Part shown: positions 1-8,271 of the stretch, piece by piece
Layout: every line of letters starts with the position of its first letter
Numbering within the stretch: position 1 is the first letter of the stretch
NCBI GenBank assembly: GCA_031414775.1
Contig: JANOQI010000002.1
Span: 1-21,298 of the forward strand
Direction of reading: 5' to 3'
Length of the DNA stretch: 21,298 bases
Source: Synechococcales cyanobacterium VAR_4_metabat_354
Lineage (GTDB): Bacteria > Cyanobacteriota > Cyanobacteriia > Cyanobacteriales > Chamaesiphonaceae
Notes under the pieces: model-generated
Database searches by the model: none
Told to the model about the DNA's origin: nothing
What the model saw: the letters and a program-made list of their open reading frames with translations, nothing else
Position numbers and translations under genes: made by a program

Positions 1-123
1 CGACAAGCACTCAATCATCATTTACTTGAGCGATTTATTTCCATGTTAGACCTTGACCTGACTTGGATTAAATCCCATCCTAACTACGCCAGCCTTCTCC
101 AGTACGGTTCTTTGACACCATAA
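1..123 (+). CDS. C-terminal fragment of a probable IS (DDE) transposase, 5' part outside the window
   Basis: Frame 1 reads RQALNHHLLERFISMLDLDLTWIKSHPNYASLLQYGSLTP* (TAA 121-123). This resembles, from memory, the C-terminus of cyanobacterial IS4/IS701-like transposases; family uncertain. An IR-like end follows immediately. Confidence 0.6.
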   Translation, partial: RQALNHHLLERFISMLDLDLTWIKSHPNYASLLQYGSLTP

Positions 124-140
124 ATCTGTCCGGACTATTG
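124..140. mobile_element. Putative terminal inverted repeat (right end) of the IS
   Basis: ATCTGTCCGGACTATTG lies directly after the transposase stop and reads CAATAGTCCGGACAGAT inward from the end. The partner IR is outside the window, so it cannot be confirmed. Confidence 0.45.
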
Positions 141-238
141 AATATACGAATGGATTTAAAGTTTGAACAGTTGTCACTACATCCAAGCTTTTTCAATAAT
201 TCCAGAAGTTGGTTCTTTGCGTTTCCACTCATATGCAT
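141..238 (-). pseudogene. 5' fragment of a gene downstream of the helicase, probably interrupted by the IS
   Basis: ATG at 238 (or 232), 25 bp after the helicase stop, gives MHMSGNAKNQLLELLKKLGCSDNCSNFKSIRI and then runs into the putative IS end at 140. Confidence 0.4.
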
Positions 239-263
239 TTATCGATCAATAGCCCCACTTTGG

Positions 264-3200
264 CTAATTGAGCGAAGCCTTTAATTCCGCCAATTTAATA
301 TTGAGATCCTGACTGTAACGAAAAGTCAGCACCGAATATCCGGCGACATATTCCAGATCCTCTCGATCGATCTCATCCCGTTTACGATGCTCTGGTGAAT
401 CATGCACTGAGCCATCACAGAAAACTGCTAGCTTCTGAGCAGTATAGACAAAATCCGGCTTGCAATTAGCCTCAGCAATGAGCAACTGCGCGGTATCCGG
501 CAACTTAATACCCTGTTGGTAAATCGCCTCCAGCACCACCCGCTCATACTCAGAGTTCGGATCGGTCTGGCTCAGTAGATTTTGGTATTGCTCCTTCCGC
601 GACATTCCAGCAGCATGTCGATCAAGCCGACTACCAAGCAACTGTCCCAAAAAATCACCAATCAAATGCCGATTTAACAGCGCATGATCCCACTGGTTGC
701 CATAAGAAAGCAGACATTCATAGCAAGCCTGGGCACAGCTATCTTTCTCTTTATGAAAATGACAGATTTCCTGTGCTGCATCAGCCAGCTTCTGGAAAGA
801 CTGCGGATCTTCTAGAATCTGGGAAAGAACCCCAGCGCCACCCTCAGCCGCTTCCCAAAACAGAATCTGATTGCCCTTCTCCCCCAGCCTTTCCGAACCC
901 AACTCCGAAGACTCTAACTTGTAGAGATTCTGGATCGATCGAGCCAAAGCATATTGCAACGTAGCCGTGAAAGCCTCTGGATTTTTTTCTGGTAAGTCGG
1001 TTACTTCAATCAGCAGGATATTGGAAGTATCTTTGACCAATAAATAAATATCGGTCTCGATACTTGCCGATGAATTTGTCTGAGTATTAGCTGAGGCAAC
1101 CCATTGACCAGTTCCAGTGTCTAATCGGAAGCCCCATTCCTTAGTCGATCTCAGTCCCCGATTCAGCCGCATCATCTCAGCAGTTTCACCATAAGTCAGC
1201 TTCAGCAAAGGTGAATTATCCACATCCGCCACGATTGCTGATTCTTTCCGTTGATCAGTAAAGCGGAAGTAAGTATTGATCTGATAGCCACTCTTCAAAC
1301 GGTCTTCTTCATCACAGGTAATCCGCTCCCGCCGCCGAGTGGACATCGTATCCATTTCTAGCGCCTTGGTAATATTCGCTAGCTTGCCTTGTTTATCGAC
1401 AGTAGGCTTCTGGCCACAATTTTCACAGACATCAACCGCATTTGTATGGAAGTAACCGCATCCATGGCAGACCACTAAACGCTGATAATCATTTTCAGCT
1501 CCCTTGGTAAAGCGTTTCGTGCGATCGATCTTAAACTTACTGCCTTCGTAGTAAAGAATGTTGCCCGGAGCCATTTCTCGAATCGCCAAATTACGCGGAC
1601 GAGAAATATAGTCTCCTTTATCTCGACCAGTTGGAATGTAAGCCCGCACCGGCAAACGTGGAAAATTAAAGCCTGGTAAGAAGCCCTCTGAGGCAAAATA
1701 GCGATAGGGGTAGAACTCAAACTGACTATTATTCTTTGATTGGTTTTGTCCGACTAAAATATCAATTTGGCGCTGAGCTTCTCGCTGCGATCGATCAGCC
1801 ACATCTTTCTCTTTTTCAGTGGCATTACCAGCCGTCACCTGGTTGATTTTTTTCAGCGCCTCATCTCTTTGTTCTACAGCATCACCATAGAGCTTACGCC
1901 AGCGGTCACAGGCACGGTCAAAGGCAGTTAGGGCATTTTCCAAAGTCTGTTCTAGCCATACTGAGTTATACCAAGAAACTCGCTCTAGATCGTTCTGACA
2001 GAAAGCATCGGCCAAGATCGATCGAGCGGCATCCAAACATTTTTGGAAAGTCACTGGCTCTTGAGCCGCCTGAAGCTGTGCCACCAAATCAGCCTTCAGT
2101 GAATATCCCGGCTGCTCCAGATCCAGAATTTGATTCATCGAATCACCAAAGTTAATCCCCGCTTTGCTCAACCAAATCGAATAGATGTGAGATTTAACCA
2201 AATCCTGATTGGCTAGCTCCAGCTTTGGGGGAGCAACAGCACCAGCTACCATATCGGCTTGATGCTCATAGAAATACCGATCATGGCCGCTCCCAGCACC
2301 CGCGTAAGTGATCACCAACGCTGCTTGACCACTACGACCAGCTCGACCGCTACGTTGAGCGTAGTTAGCCGGGGAAGGTGGTACATTCCGTAAGTGAACA
2401 ACGCTCAAATCAGAAATATCAATACCCAACTCCATGGTGGGTGAACAAAATAGCGCTGCTAATTTACCAGCTCGGAAGGAATCTTCACGCTCTTGGCGCA
2501 GATAACTAGGCACTTGACCAGTATGTTCACGGCCTTGCAATGTTTGAATCTTGGCAGCGGTTTCGATGTAGAAATTCTGGAAAAACTGGTTGACCGGCTT
2601 AGAGCGAGGTACGCTTTCTTTCAAAGATTTAGTTTCTAACGGGTCAGGAGATAATTCTTGGACTTTTTGGGCTTGCCAAATGAGCGCATCAGCTCGCAGC
2701 TGAATATCTTCGCCTTGCTGAGATAAATAACCAGAGTCTTGAAGGGCGGTAATCAAGGTTTGGATCAGGCTGTCATAGCTATCAACTTTAAGGTTTTCAG
2801 TCAGCCAAGGCCAAGTGGTTGATGATCGCAGGAATTTACCGATTTTACTGGTGGCGGTTAATCTAACAGTAGCAGTTTTGCTCTCTCCTTTTTTAAGGCT
2901 TGCTCGTTGCGCTTCATGTAATTTCTCAGTCTCGCCGATCGACCAAGGCTCTTTGAGAGCTTGGTTTACCTTGCGCTTTAACTCTTCAGTCCCTTGTGGT
3001 TGAAGAAGCTTGGCATCGATCGCTAGTTCCTTACGCAGCAAGTCTAACAGCGGTAAAATTGCTCTGTAACGCTCTTCTGGAGTCGCTTTATGCAAAATAG
3101 GATGGTGATGCTTGTCCCATAGTGCAGTGTGGCTGCATACTTCCAGTAAATCTAGATAATCAATTTTCAACAGACCAGATTGTTCCAGGTTCGGTTGCAC

Positions 3201-5309
3201 GATTCGCCAGCCTCTGCGCAGATCTTCGTAAAGGCGGTATTCGATGAGCTGTTCAAAAGCTGTTTGATTGCTCTTTTTACCGGGACTAAACTCGGCGGGT
3301 TGATTGGCATAGTCAGACTGTTCTAAAGCCATCTGCTCTACTACGGCAGCGGAGAGATTTTCATGGCTAAGAGTTTGATTTTTATCCAAAGCAGCATAGA
3401 GGCTAGCCCGCAGAAACGAGGTTTGAACAAAATCGTTGAAGTGTCCAGCTTGCAAGGAAGCATCTTGGCGATTATCGGTAAAACTGAGTACCTTCGCTGA
3501 TTCAGACTTGACGGCGGGATTATTTTGCAATCTGCTGACGGTGGCGATCGACAATAGAGTAGTTGCAGTACTCCGCCCTTCACTACTTAACCGTGAAAAC
3601 TTAGCATAGTCTTTCTTACGGCCATCATGAATGACATTGCATTGCAGACAAATTTTTAGGGGGCGGGGGATGAGCCAGCAGGGTGTTCCGATCATCGAAA
3701 TTTGGCCGTCTGGAGCCACATAGAGCTTTTGGGGTAGATCCTTTTCGTGTTTAGGGTCAACTCTGCGTCCAGCTTTTTTGGTTTCTTTAAACCAGCTGTC
3801 GGGCAGTCTGTCTAGATCGGATTCGTCCCATAGATCTGGCTCGTCCAGGGTGAGATAGCCTGATTGAATATCACTATTGTCCTCATCACTGTCGATCGAG
3901 TTAGGCAGCAATGGTGTAACGATATTATTGCTAGTATCGTACTTAACCACATAGTAGTCATGGCCACATTCCCGGCAAAAAATCAGCGGGTAGAGCAACC
4001 GGTTTTCGGTGGTGGTATATTGGCCTTCTAGCGTGAGGAAACGGCGATTAGCTGGTTCAATAGTGGCGTAAACACTACCCCCTTGGGCGATGAATTGATG
4101 CAACCGGAAGGCTAGTCCTTTGGTTTTACTGCCCCACAGAAACATAGCTTGGAGAGCTTTGGTACATTGTTCGATCGATACTCCAGTGAGTTCAGCTAGT
4201 TGATCTGCGCCAGTTTTCAAGGAAATAGGGGTGCGGCGGATCAAGTGTCCATCTTCGTCCTGGAGACCAAAGTTCATTTCCATCCAGGCACTGAGTGGAT
4301 GTTTGTGGAAGCTGGCAAGGGTTTGCTCGGTAGTTAATGCGGTGGTGAGGCAAGTTTTTAAGTCTTCAGCGCTGGGGATCGGAGAATCGATAGACTGTTG
4401 GAGAGTCTCGTCAATGACGTTAGTGGCTAACACTTCTACCCCAAATAGTTTGCTGGCCACCCCAGCTACAGTTTGACGACGCTGCGATCGATCGCCTTCA
4501 GTGGACATGGTAGCGGAGGTGCCAATACAGAGCAGATCGTGACCGCACCGCTGGCGAAGTTTGCGAATCACCATCGCCACATCAGCGCCCTGTCGGCCTC
4601 GATAGGTATGGAGTTCATCGAGAACCAGGAATTTGAGGTCGGTAGATTCTACGAATTTAGCTTCATGGGTGCGACTGAGCATTAGCTCTAGCATCACGTA
4701 GTTGGTCAGCAGGATGTGGGGTGGGTTATTTTGAATCTCGCTCTTGCGATCAGAATTTTCTTGGCCAGTATATTTTTCAACGCGAATGGGAGAGTTGGGG
4801 ACTTGTTTGAGAAATTTATCAAATTCTTCTTTTTGGGAGTTGATCAAGGCGTTCATGGGATAGACCAAAATCGCCCGCACTCCCTTGATTTCTGGGTAAC
4901 GGAGAATATCATCGATAATGGGCACGACGTAGCTCAGACTTTTACCTGAACCGGTGCCGGTGGTAAGAACGTAGGGCTGTTGGGACTGAGCCGCCAAGAA
5001 TGCTTGGTACTGGTGGCGATAAAACTGGAAGGGCTGGTTGGTTTTAGGGTTGTGGAAGTATTTGGCACAGTCTTGATGCAAGATACCTTGTTGGATTAAT
5101 TCGGTGGCGCTAGCTCCAGGGGCATAAGAAGGGTTGAGTTGAATGAGGGGATCTTTCCAGAGCTGGCCTTTACTGAGTTCGTCATCTACGAAGGCTTTAA
5201 CTTTGGGGTCACGGATGTTCAGGAAGCTATCAACATATTTATGGTAGTCGTCAATGATTTCGTCACGGAGGGCGAAAATATCGAGGTTCTCTGAAGATAG
5301 ATCTTTCAT
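264..5309 (-). CDS. YprA-like SF2 DEAD/DEAH helicase with Zn-binding sites, DUF1998 (MrfA Zn-binding) domain and C-terminal Vsr/DUF559-like nuclease; DISARM-related/ARMADA ArmC-like effector
   Basis: Helicase motifs TTGTGSGKS, YPMNALINSQ, DELHTYRGRQG, TSAT, SPTMELGIDI and NYAQRSGRAGR. CxxC pairs CRECG, CLQC and CHGC..CENC. DUF1998 signature C-x2-ACYECLLSYGNQxxH. C-terminal PDFVY..AVFCDGSVHD..GYSVL nuclease motif. ATG 5309 preferred; the ORF extends to TTG 5321. Confidence 0.9.
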   Translation of the reverse strand: MKDLSSENLDIFALRDEIIDDYHKYVDSFLNIRDPKVKAFVDDELSKGQLWKDPLIQLNPSYAPGASATELIQQGILHQDCAKYFHNPKTNQPFQFYRHQYQAFLAAQSQQPYVLTTGTGSGKSLSYVVPIIDDILRYPEIKGVRAILVYPMNALINSQKEEFDKFLKQVPNSPIRVEKYTGQENSDRKSEIQNNPPHILLTNYVMLELMLSRTHEAKFVESTDLKFLVLDELHTYRGRQGADVAMVIRKLRQRCGHDLLCIGTSATMSTEGDRSQRRQTVAGVASKLFGVEVLATNVIDETLQQSIDSPIPSAEDLKTCLTTALTTEQTLASFHKHPLSAWMEMNFGLQDEDGHLIRRTPISLKTGADQLAELTGVSIEQCTKALQAMFLWGSKTKGLAFRLHQFIAQGGSVYATIEPANRRFLTLEGQYTTTENRLLYPLIFCRECGHDYYVVKYDTSNNIVTPLLPNSIDSDEDNSDIQSGYLTLDEPDLWDESDLDRLPDSWFKETKKAGRRVDPKHEKDLPQKLYVAPDGQISMIGTPCWLIPRPLKICLQCNVIHDGRKKDYAKFSRLSSEGRSTATTLLSIATVSRLQNNPAVKSESAKVLSFTDNRQDASLQAGHFNDFVQTSFLRASLYAALDKNQTLSHENLSAAVVEQMALEQSDYANQPAEFSPGKKSNQTAFEQLIEYRLYEDLRRGWRIVQPNLEQSGLLKIDYLDLLEVCSHTALWDKHHHPILHKATPEERYRAILPLLDLLRKELAIDAKLLQPQGTEELKRKVNQALKEPWSIGETEKLHEAQRASLKKGESKTATVRLTATSKIGKFLRSSTTWPWLTENLKVDSYDSLIQTLITALQDSGYLSQQGEDIQLRADALIWQAQKVQELSPDPLETKSLKESVPRSKPVNQFFQNFYIETAAKIQTLQGREHTGQVPSYLRQEREDSFRAGKLAALFCSPTMELGIDISDLSVVHLRNVPPSPANYAQRSGRAGRSGQAALVITYAGAGSGHDRYFYEHQADMVAGAVAPPKLELANQDLVKSHIYSIWLSKAGINFGDSMNQILDLEQPGYSLKADLVAQLQAAQEPVTFQKCLDAARSILADAFCQNDLERVSWYNSVWLEQTLENALTAFDRACDRWRKLYGDAVEQRDEALKKINQVTAGNATEKEKDVADRSQREAQRQIDILVGQNQSKNNSQFEFYPYRYFASEGFLPGFNFPRLPVRAYIPTGRDKGDYISRPRNLAIREMAPGNILYYEGSKFKIDRTKRFTKGAENDYQRLVVCHGCGYFHTNAVDVCENCGQKPTVDKQGKLANITKALEMDTMSTRRRERITCDEEDRLKSGYQINTYFRFTDQRKESAIVADVDNSPLLKLTYGETAEMMRLNRGLRSTKEWGFRLDTGTGQWVASANTQTNSSASIETDIYLLVKDTSNILLIEVTDLPEKNPEAFTATLQYALARSIQNLYKLESSELGSERLGEKGNQILFWEAAEGGAGVLSQILEDPQSFQKLADAAQEICHFHKEKDSCAQACYECLLSYGNQWDHALLNRHLIGDFLGQLLGSRLDRHAAGMSRKEQYQNLLSQTDPNSEYERVVLEAIYQQGIKLPDTAQLLIAEANCKPDFVYTAQKLAVFCDGSVHDSPEHRKRDEIDREDLEYVAGYSVLTFRYSQDLNIKLAELKASLN

Positions 5310-5384
5310 CTGGTCAACCAATTAGCATTTATCTAAAAGAATGCCCAAATTTAGTCAAGATCCGAAAAGAGCGTAAATCTGCTC

Positions 5385-5422
5385 TTGTCAGCAGCCTTGA
5401 AAGTATTGTAATATTTCTGACA
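5385..5422 (+). promoter_or_regulatory. Putative sigma70 promoter of the DUF6088-AbiEii operon overlapped by an inverted-repeat operator
   Basis: TTGTCA (5385-5390), 18-bp spacer, TAATAT (5409-5414). The inverted repeat TGTCAG (5386-5391) ... CTGACA (5417-5422) brackets the promoter. Confidence 0.5.
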
Positions 5423-5448
5423 TAAGATACTGCTTAAGTTAAGTAGCC

Positions 5449-6075
5449 GTGAAAAGCACAGTCGATCGAATCATGGATAAAGTACGGGTGCGCGGTCGCG
5501 GAAAGTGGGTTTTTACGCCTAAGGATTTCCTCGGTCTTGGTAGAAGTCGTGCGGCAGTTGATCGGGCGTTATCTAGACTGGTGAAAAGCGGTAAGCTGCG
5601 GCGCATTGGGCGTGGTTTATACGATTTCCCCCGGCAGAGTGGGATTTTAAAGGGTTTCGCACCAGCCAGCATGGAGGCAACGGTTCAGGCGATCAGCAGA
5701 CGCGATCGGATTCAAGTCATGCCTAATGGTATTGCTTTTGCCAACGATCTTGGTTTGACTAACGCGGTACCGGCCAGACCCTCCTATATCAGCAGTGGTA
5801 GAACTAAAACGGTAAAGGTGGGCAATAGAAAGGTTTATCTAAAGCATGTTAGTCAAAAGGTGATTGCCTGGGTTGATCGTCCGGGTGGACAGTTTGTGGC
5901 GGCAGTTTTATGGTTGGATAAGGCGATCGCTTCAGCTCCACACATGATCGATTTGATGAGATTGAAGCTGGCTGATGATGTGAAGCAAGACCTGATTCAA
6001 AATCTTGATCTTTTACCTAGTTGGATGGCTTCGATCGCTAAAAAGGTCTGTTATGACCCTAATCTTGTTGTATGA
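5449..6075 (+). CDS. DUF6088-family / AbiEi-like type IV TA antitoxin (N-terminal winged helix)
   Basis: VFTPKDFLGLG-SRAAVDRALSRLVKSGKLRRIGRGLY winged-helix motif and ANDLGLTNAVP motif. ATGA overlap with the downstream AbiEii gene. Confidence 0.85.
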   Translation: MKSTVDRIMDKVRVRGRGKWVFTPKDFLGLGRSRAAVDRALSRLVKSGKLRRIGRGLYDFPRQSGILKGFAPASMEATVQAISRRDRIQVMPNGIAFANDLGLTNAVPARPSYISSGRTKTVKVGNRKVYLKHVSQKVIAWVDRPGGQFVAAVLWLDKAIASAPHMIDLMRLKLADDVKQDLIQNLDLLPSWMASIAKKVCYDPNLVV

Positions 6076-7130
6076 ATGAGGAATTTCAGAAGTTTCTACA
6101 GTTGCCAGATGTCGAGCGCCAAGACGTTTTTGAGGCGAAGGCCGAACGACTGGGTACTTTGGCCAGTTATGTAGAGAAAGATTTCTGGGTTTGCTGCATC
6201 TTAGATGTTCTCTACAATGGTCTGCTACAGAAGCGTCCACGCATTTTGTTCAAGGGTGGTACTTCGCTTTCCAAGGTTTATGGTTTGATCGATCGGTTTT
6301 CTGAGGATGTGGATTTTACGATTTTTGCTGAGGATCTGGGGTTTCCGGGTGAGGCGGAGCTGGCTGCGGCAAATTTGTCGGGGAAGAAGCAGAAGAAGTT
6401 AGCTGAGGAAATCGTAGCTAAGACTGGTGACTATATTTCCCGGCAACTGAAGGAGGCTGTGGAAAAAGTGGTGGTTGATTTGTTTGCGGATTGTTCGGTG
6501 GTTGTAGACTCAGCAGTTAAGGATCAATCGACTTTGTTATTTTCATACCCCAGCCTATTTACTCAAGATGCTGGGGCTTATGTTCAGCCGAGGGTTAGAC
6601 TGGAAGGCGGTGGCCGTTCTGCTGTTGATCCACATGAGGCTCATATTATCAAGCCTTTGATCGCGGATACTTTGGTTGATTGGGATTTCTCAGTATCTAA
6701 TATAATCACTATTGATGCCCAGAGAACGTTTTGGGATAAGGTGTTTATTCTGCATGGCTTGTATTGTGGGTATCGAGATGAGCATTCTTTTACTGGCGAT
6801 CAGCAACGATTATCACGGCATTATTATGATGTAGCGAAGATTTATGATTCGGAGATTGGAAAGCTGGCGATCGGTAACGATGATTTGCGCGAAAAGGTTC
6901 GCCAGCACAAGTTGAATTTCTTTAATGCGGCTTGGAAGAAGTTTGATGAGGCTGTGCCGGGTTCTTTGTATGTGGTGCCCACTGGTGAGCTGTTGAGGGT
7001 TGTGCAGCGTGATTATTTAGCGATGCAGGAGATGATGACTGGTGATGTACCTGCCTTTGAGGATATTGTTAGGAGCTTGGCTGAGGTGGAGTCTGTGGTT
7101 AATGAGAAGGGAAGGAATTATGGAATTTAA
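6072..7130 (+). CDS. abiEii: AbiEii/AbiGii-family nucleotidyltransferase toxin
   Basis: Motifs VEKDFWV, FKGGTSLSKVYGLIDRFSEDVD, RTFWDK and RHYYD are characteristic of AbiEii (Pol-beta-like NTase). Confidence 0.9.
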   Translation: MNEEFQKFLQLPDVERQDVFEAKAERLGTLASYVEKDFWVCCILDVLYNGLLQKRPRILFKGGTSLSKVYGLIDRFSEDVDFTIFAEDLGFPGEAELAAANLSGKKQKKLAEEIVAKTGDYISRQLKEAVEKVVVDLFADCSVVVDSAVKDQSTLLFSYPSLFTQDAGAYVQPRVRLEGGGRSAVDPHEAHIIKPLIADTLVDWDFSVSNIITIDAQRTFWDKVFILHGLYCGYRDEHSFTGDQQRLSRHYYDVAKIYDSEIGKLAIGNDDLREKVRQHKLNFFNAAWKKFDEAVPGSLYVVPTGELLRVVQRDYLAMQEMMTGDVPAFEDIVRSLAEVESVVNEKGRNYGI

Positions 7131-7386
7131 AATTACTGAAGCAGAAGCCCGTGAGATGGCGAAGTTAGAGGAAGAGTCGGACTGTGATATTAGTGCTGGG
7201 CCAGACTGGGGTATTCGTTTGGATAAAGTGATGGCGCTAGCCCTGCATCCAGGTGATTGCAATAAATTTATCGATCTTCTGAGTGAGCAATTTGGTAGTG
7301 TGATGTCGTCGGATGAGATTGAGGAAGTAGCTGCCAGTTTTCAGATGCAAATTCAGGAGCGATTGGCAAATAGAGTCACAAAATGA
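7120..7386 (+). CDS. Small acidic hypothetical protein (88 aa), third gene of the AbiE operon
   Basis: ATG 7120 preceded by AAGGA and overlapping the abiEii 3' end; MEFKITEAEAREMAKLEEESDCDISAG... The ORF-track start at 7042 is less likely. Confidence 0.65.
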   Translation: MEFKITEAEAREMAKLEEESDCDISAGPDWGIRLDKVMALALHPGDCNKFIDLLSEQFGSVMSSDEIEEVAASFQMQIQERLANRVTK

Positions 7387-7406
7387 TTTTTTCGCAGCAC
7401 TATTTA

Positions 7407-7970
7407 TTAGTGGTTCAGAATTGTCCGATCGAGCCATCTGGGTAATTCTTGAACATGAATGACTATTTTATCGCCCTCGGCTGTAGCTATTAGCTGGTGT
7501 CCAGCATCTGTCGAATTGTCATACAGCGTTAACCTATCAGCAATTTTGGCAGCTTTAGCTAGGTTAGCGAGACTTCGATCGTAGCGACGCAAAATGTCAG
7601 CTATGGGCACATCATGACCACCTAATTTGACTCGATCTCTAACCCGTTGTAGATTAATACTGGGATTTTCAATCCCGATGTATACCAAGGCAACTAGCCA
7701 GTCAAGTTTTTTCACCTCACGCATCAAATTCAAGTAGCTGTTACCAGCGAGGGTAGTTTCTACTATAAAGCTATGCCCTGACTGAATATATTGCTGGGAT
7801 AAATTCAGAGCTTGCCGACCGGCGGCTATGGCAGCAGCAGATGGATTGGCTGGAGAGATTTCTCTGGCGATCGCATCAGGGTCAATTAACAGGGTGTTAT
7901 CAGCGTAAAGTTTAGTGAGTGTCGATTTACCGGAGCCGTTAGCTCCTGCAACGACGGTCAGAATTGGCAT
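7407..7970 (-). CDS. Zeta-toxin-like / AAA_33 P-loop kinase (predicted ABC-type ATPase family)
   Basis: Walker A AGANGSGKST at the N-terminus, then IDPDAIA, SFIVETTL, RVRDRVKLGGHDVP..IxRRY and YDNS motifs. ATG 7970 preferred over GTG 7988. Confidence 0.85.
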   Translation of the reverse strand: MPILTVVAGANGSGKSTLTKLYADNTLLIDPDAIAREISPANPSAAAIAAGRQALNLSQQYIQSGHSFIVETTLAGNSYLNLMREVKKLDWLVALVYIGIENPSINLQRVRDRVKLGGHDVPIADILRRYDRSLANLAKAAKIADRLTLYDNSTDAGHQLIATAEGDKIVIHVQELPRWLDRTILNH

Positions 7971-7974
7971 GGCT

Positions 7975-8229
7975 CTAGAGGATTTCACCCATTATTTCTT
8001 CGCTGCCATCTTCTCGAATCTGAAACTCGAATTTTTGGCCGTTAGCTTCTTCTCTGACCAATTTTTCGCCGATCATGTAGTGGATTGGCTCACCCATAGC
8101 TTTTAGACGAGCAATATCTTTTGCCACTTGAAGCTGTCCAGCAGATTCCATTTTCCTAGCCCTTGCCACGATGTCTTCATGAGGGGCAATGCTTTGGTCA
8201 GTATCGACATTCGGTTTTGTATAGGTCAT
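7975..8229 (-). CDS. Small hypothetical protein (84 aa), probable antitoxin partner of the zeta-like ATPase
   Basis: ATG 8229 with an AGGAG RBS; ends 4 bp before the ATPase ATG; C-terminal GEPIHYMIGEKLVREEANG. The antitoxin role is inferred from position only. Confidence 0.65.
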   Translation of the reverse strand: MTYTKPNVDTDQSIAPHEDIVARARKMESAGQLQVAKDIARLKAMGEPIHYMIGEKLVREEANGQKFEFQIREDGSEEIMGEIL

Positions 8230-8271
8230 AGTGTTCTCCTTTGCTACCATTCTACCTTTTGCATTATGTTT

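Noticed and set aside
5435..5444. TAAGTTAAGT also present at 17962-17971, upstream of both helicase genes
   Set aside because: A single AT-rich 10-mer match at different distances from the starts can arise by chance; there is no extended similarity.
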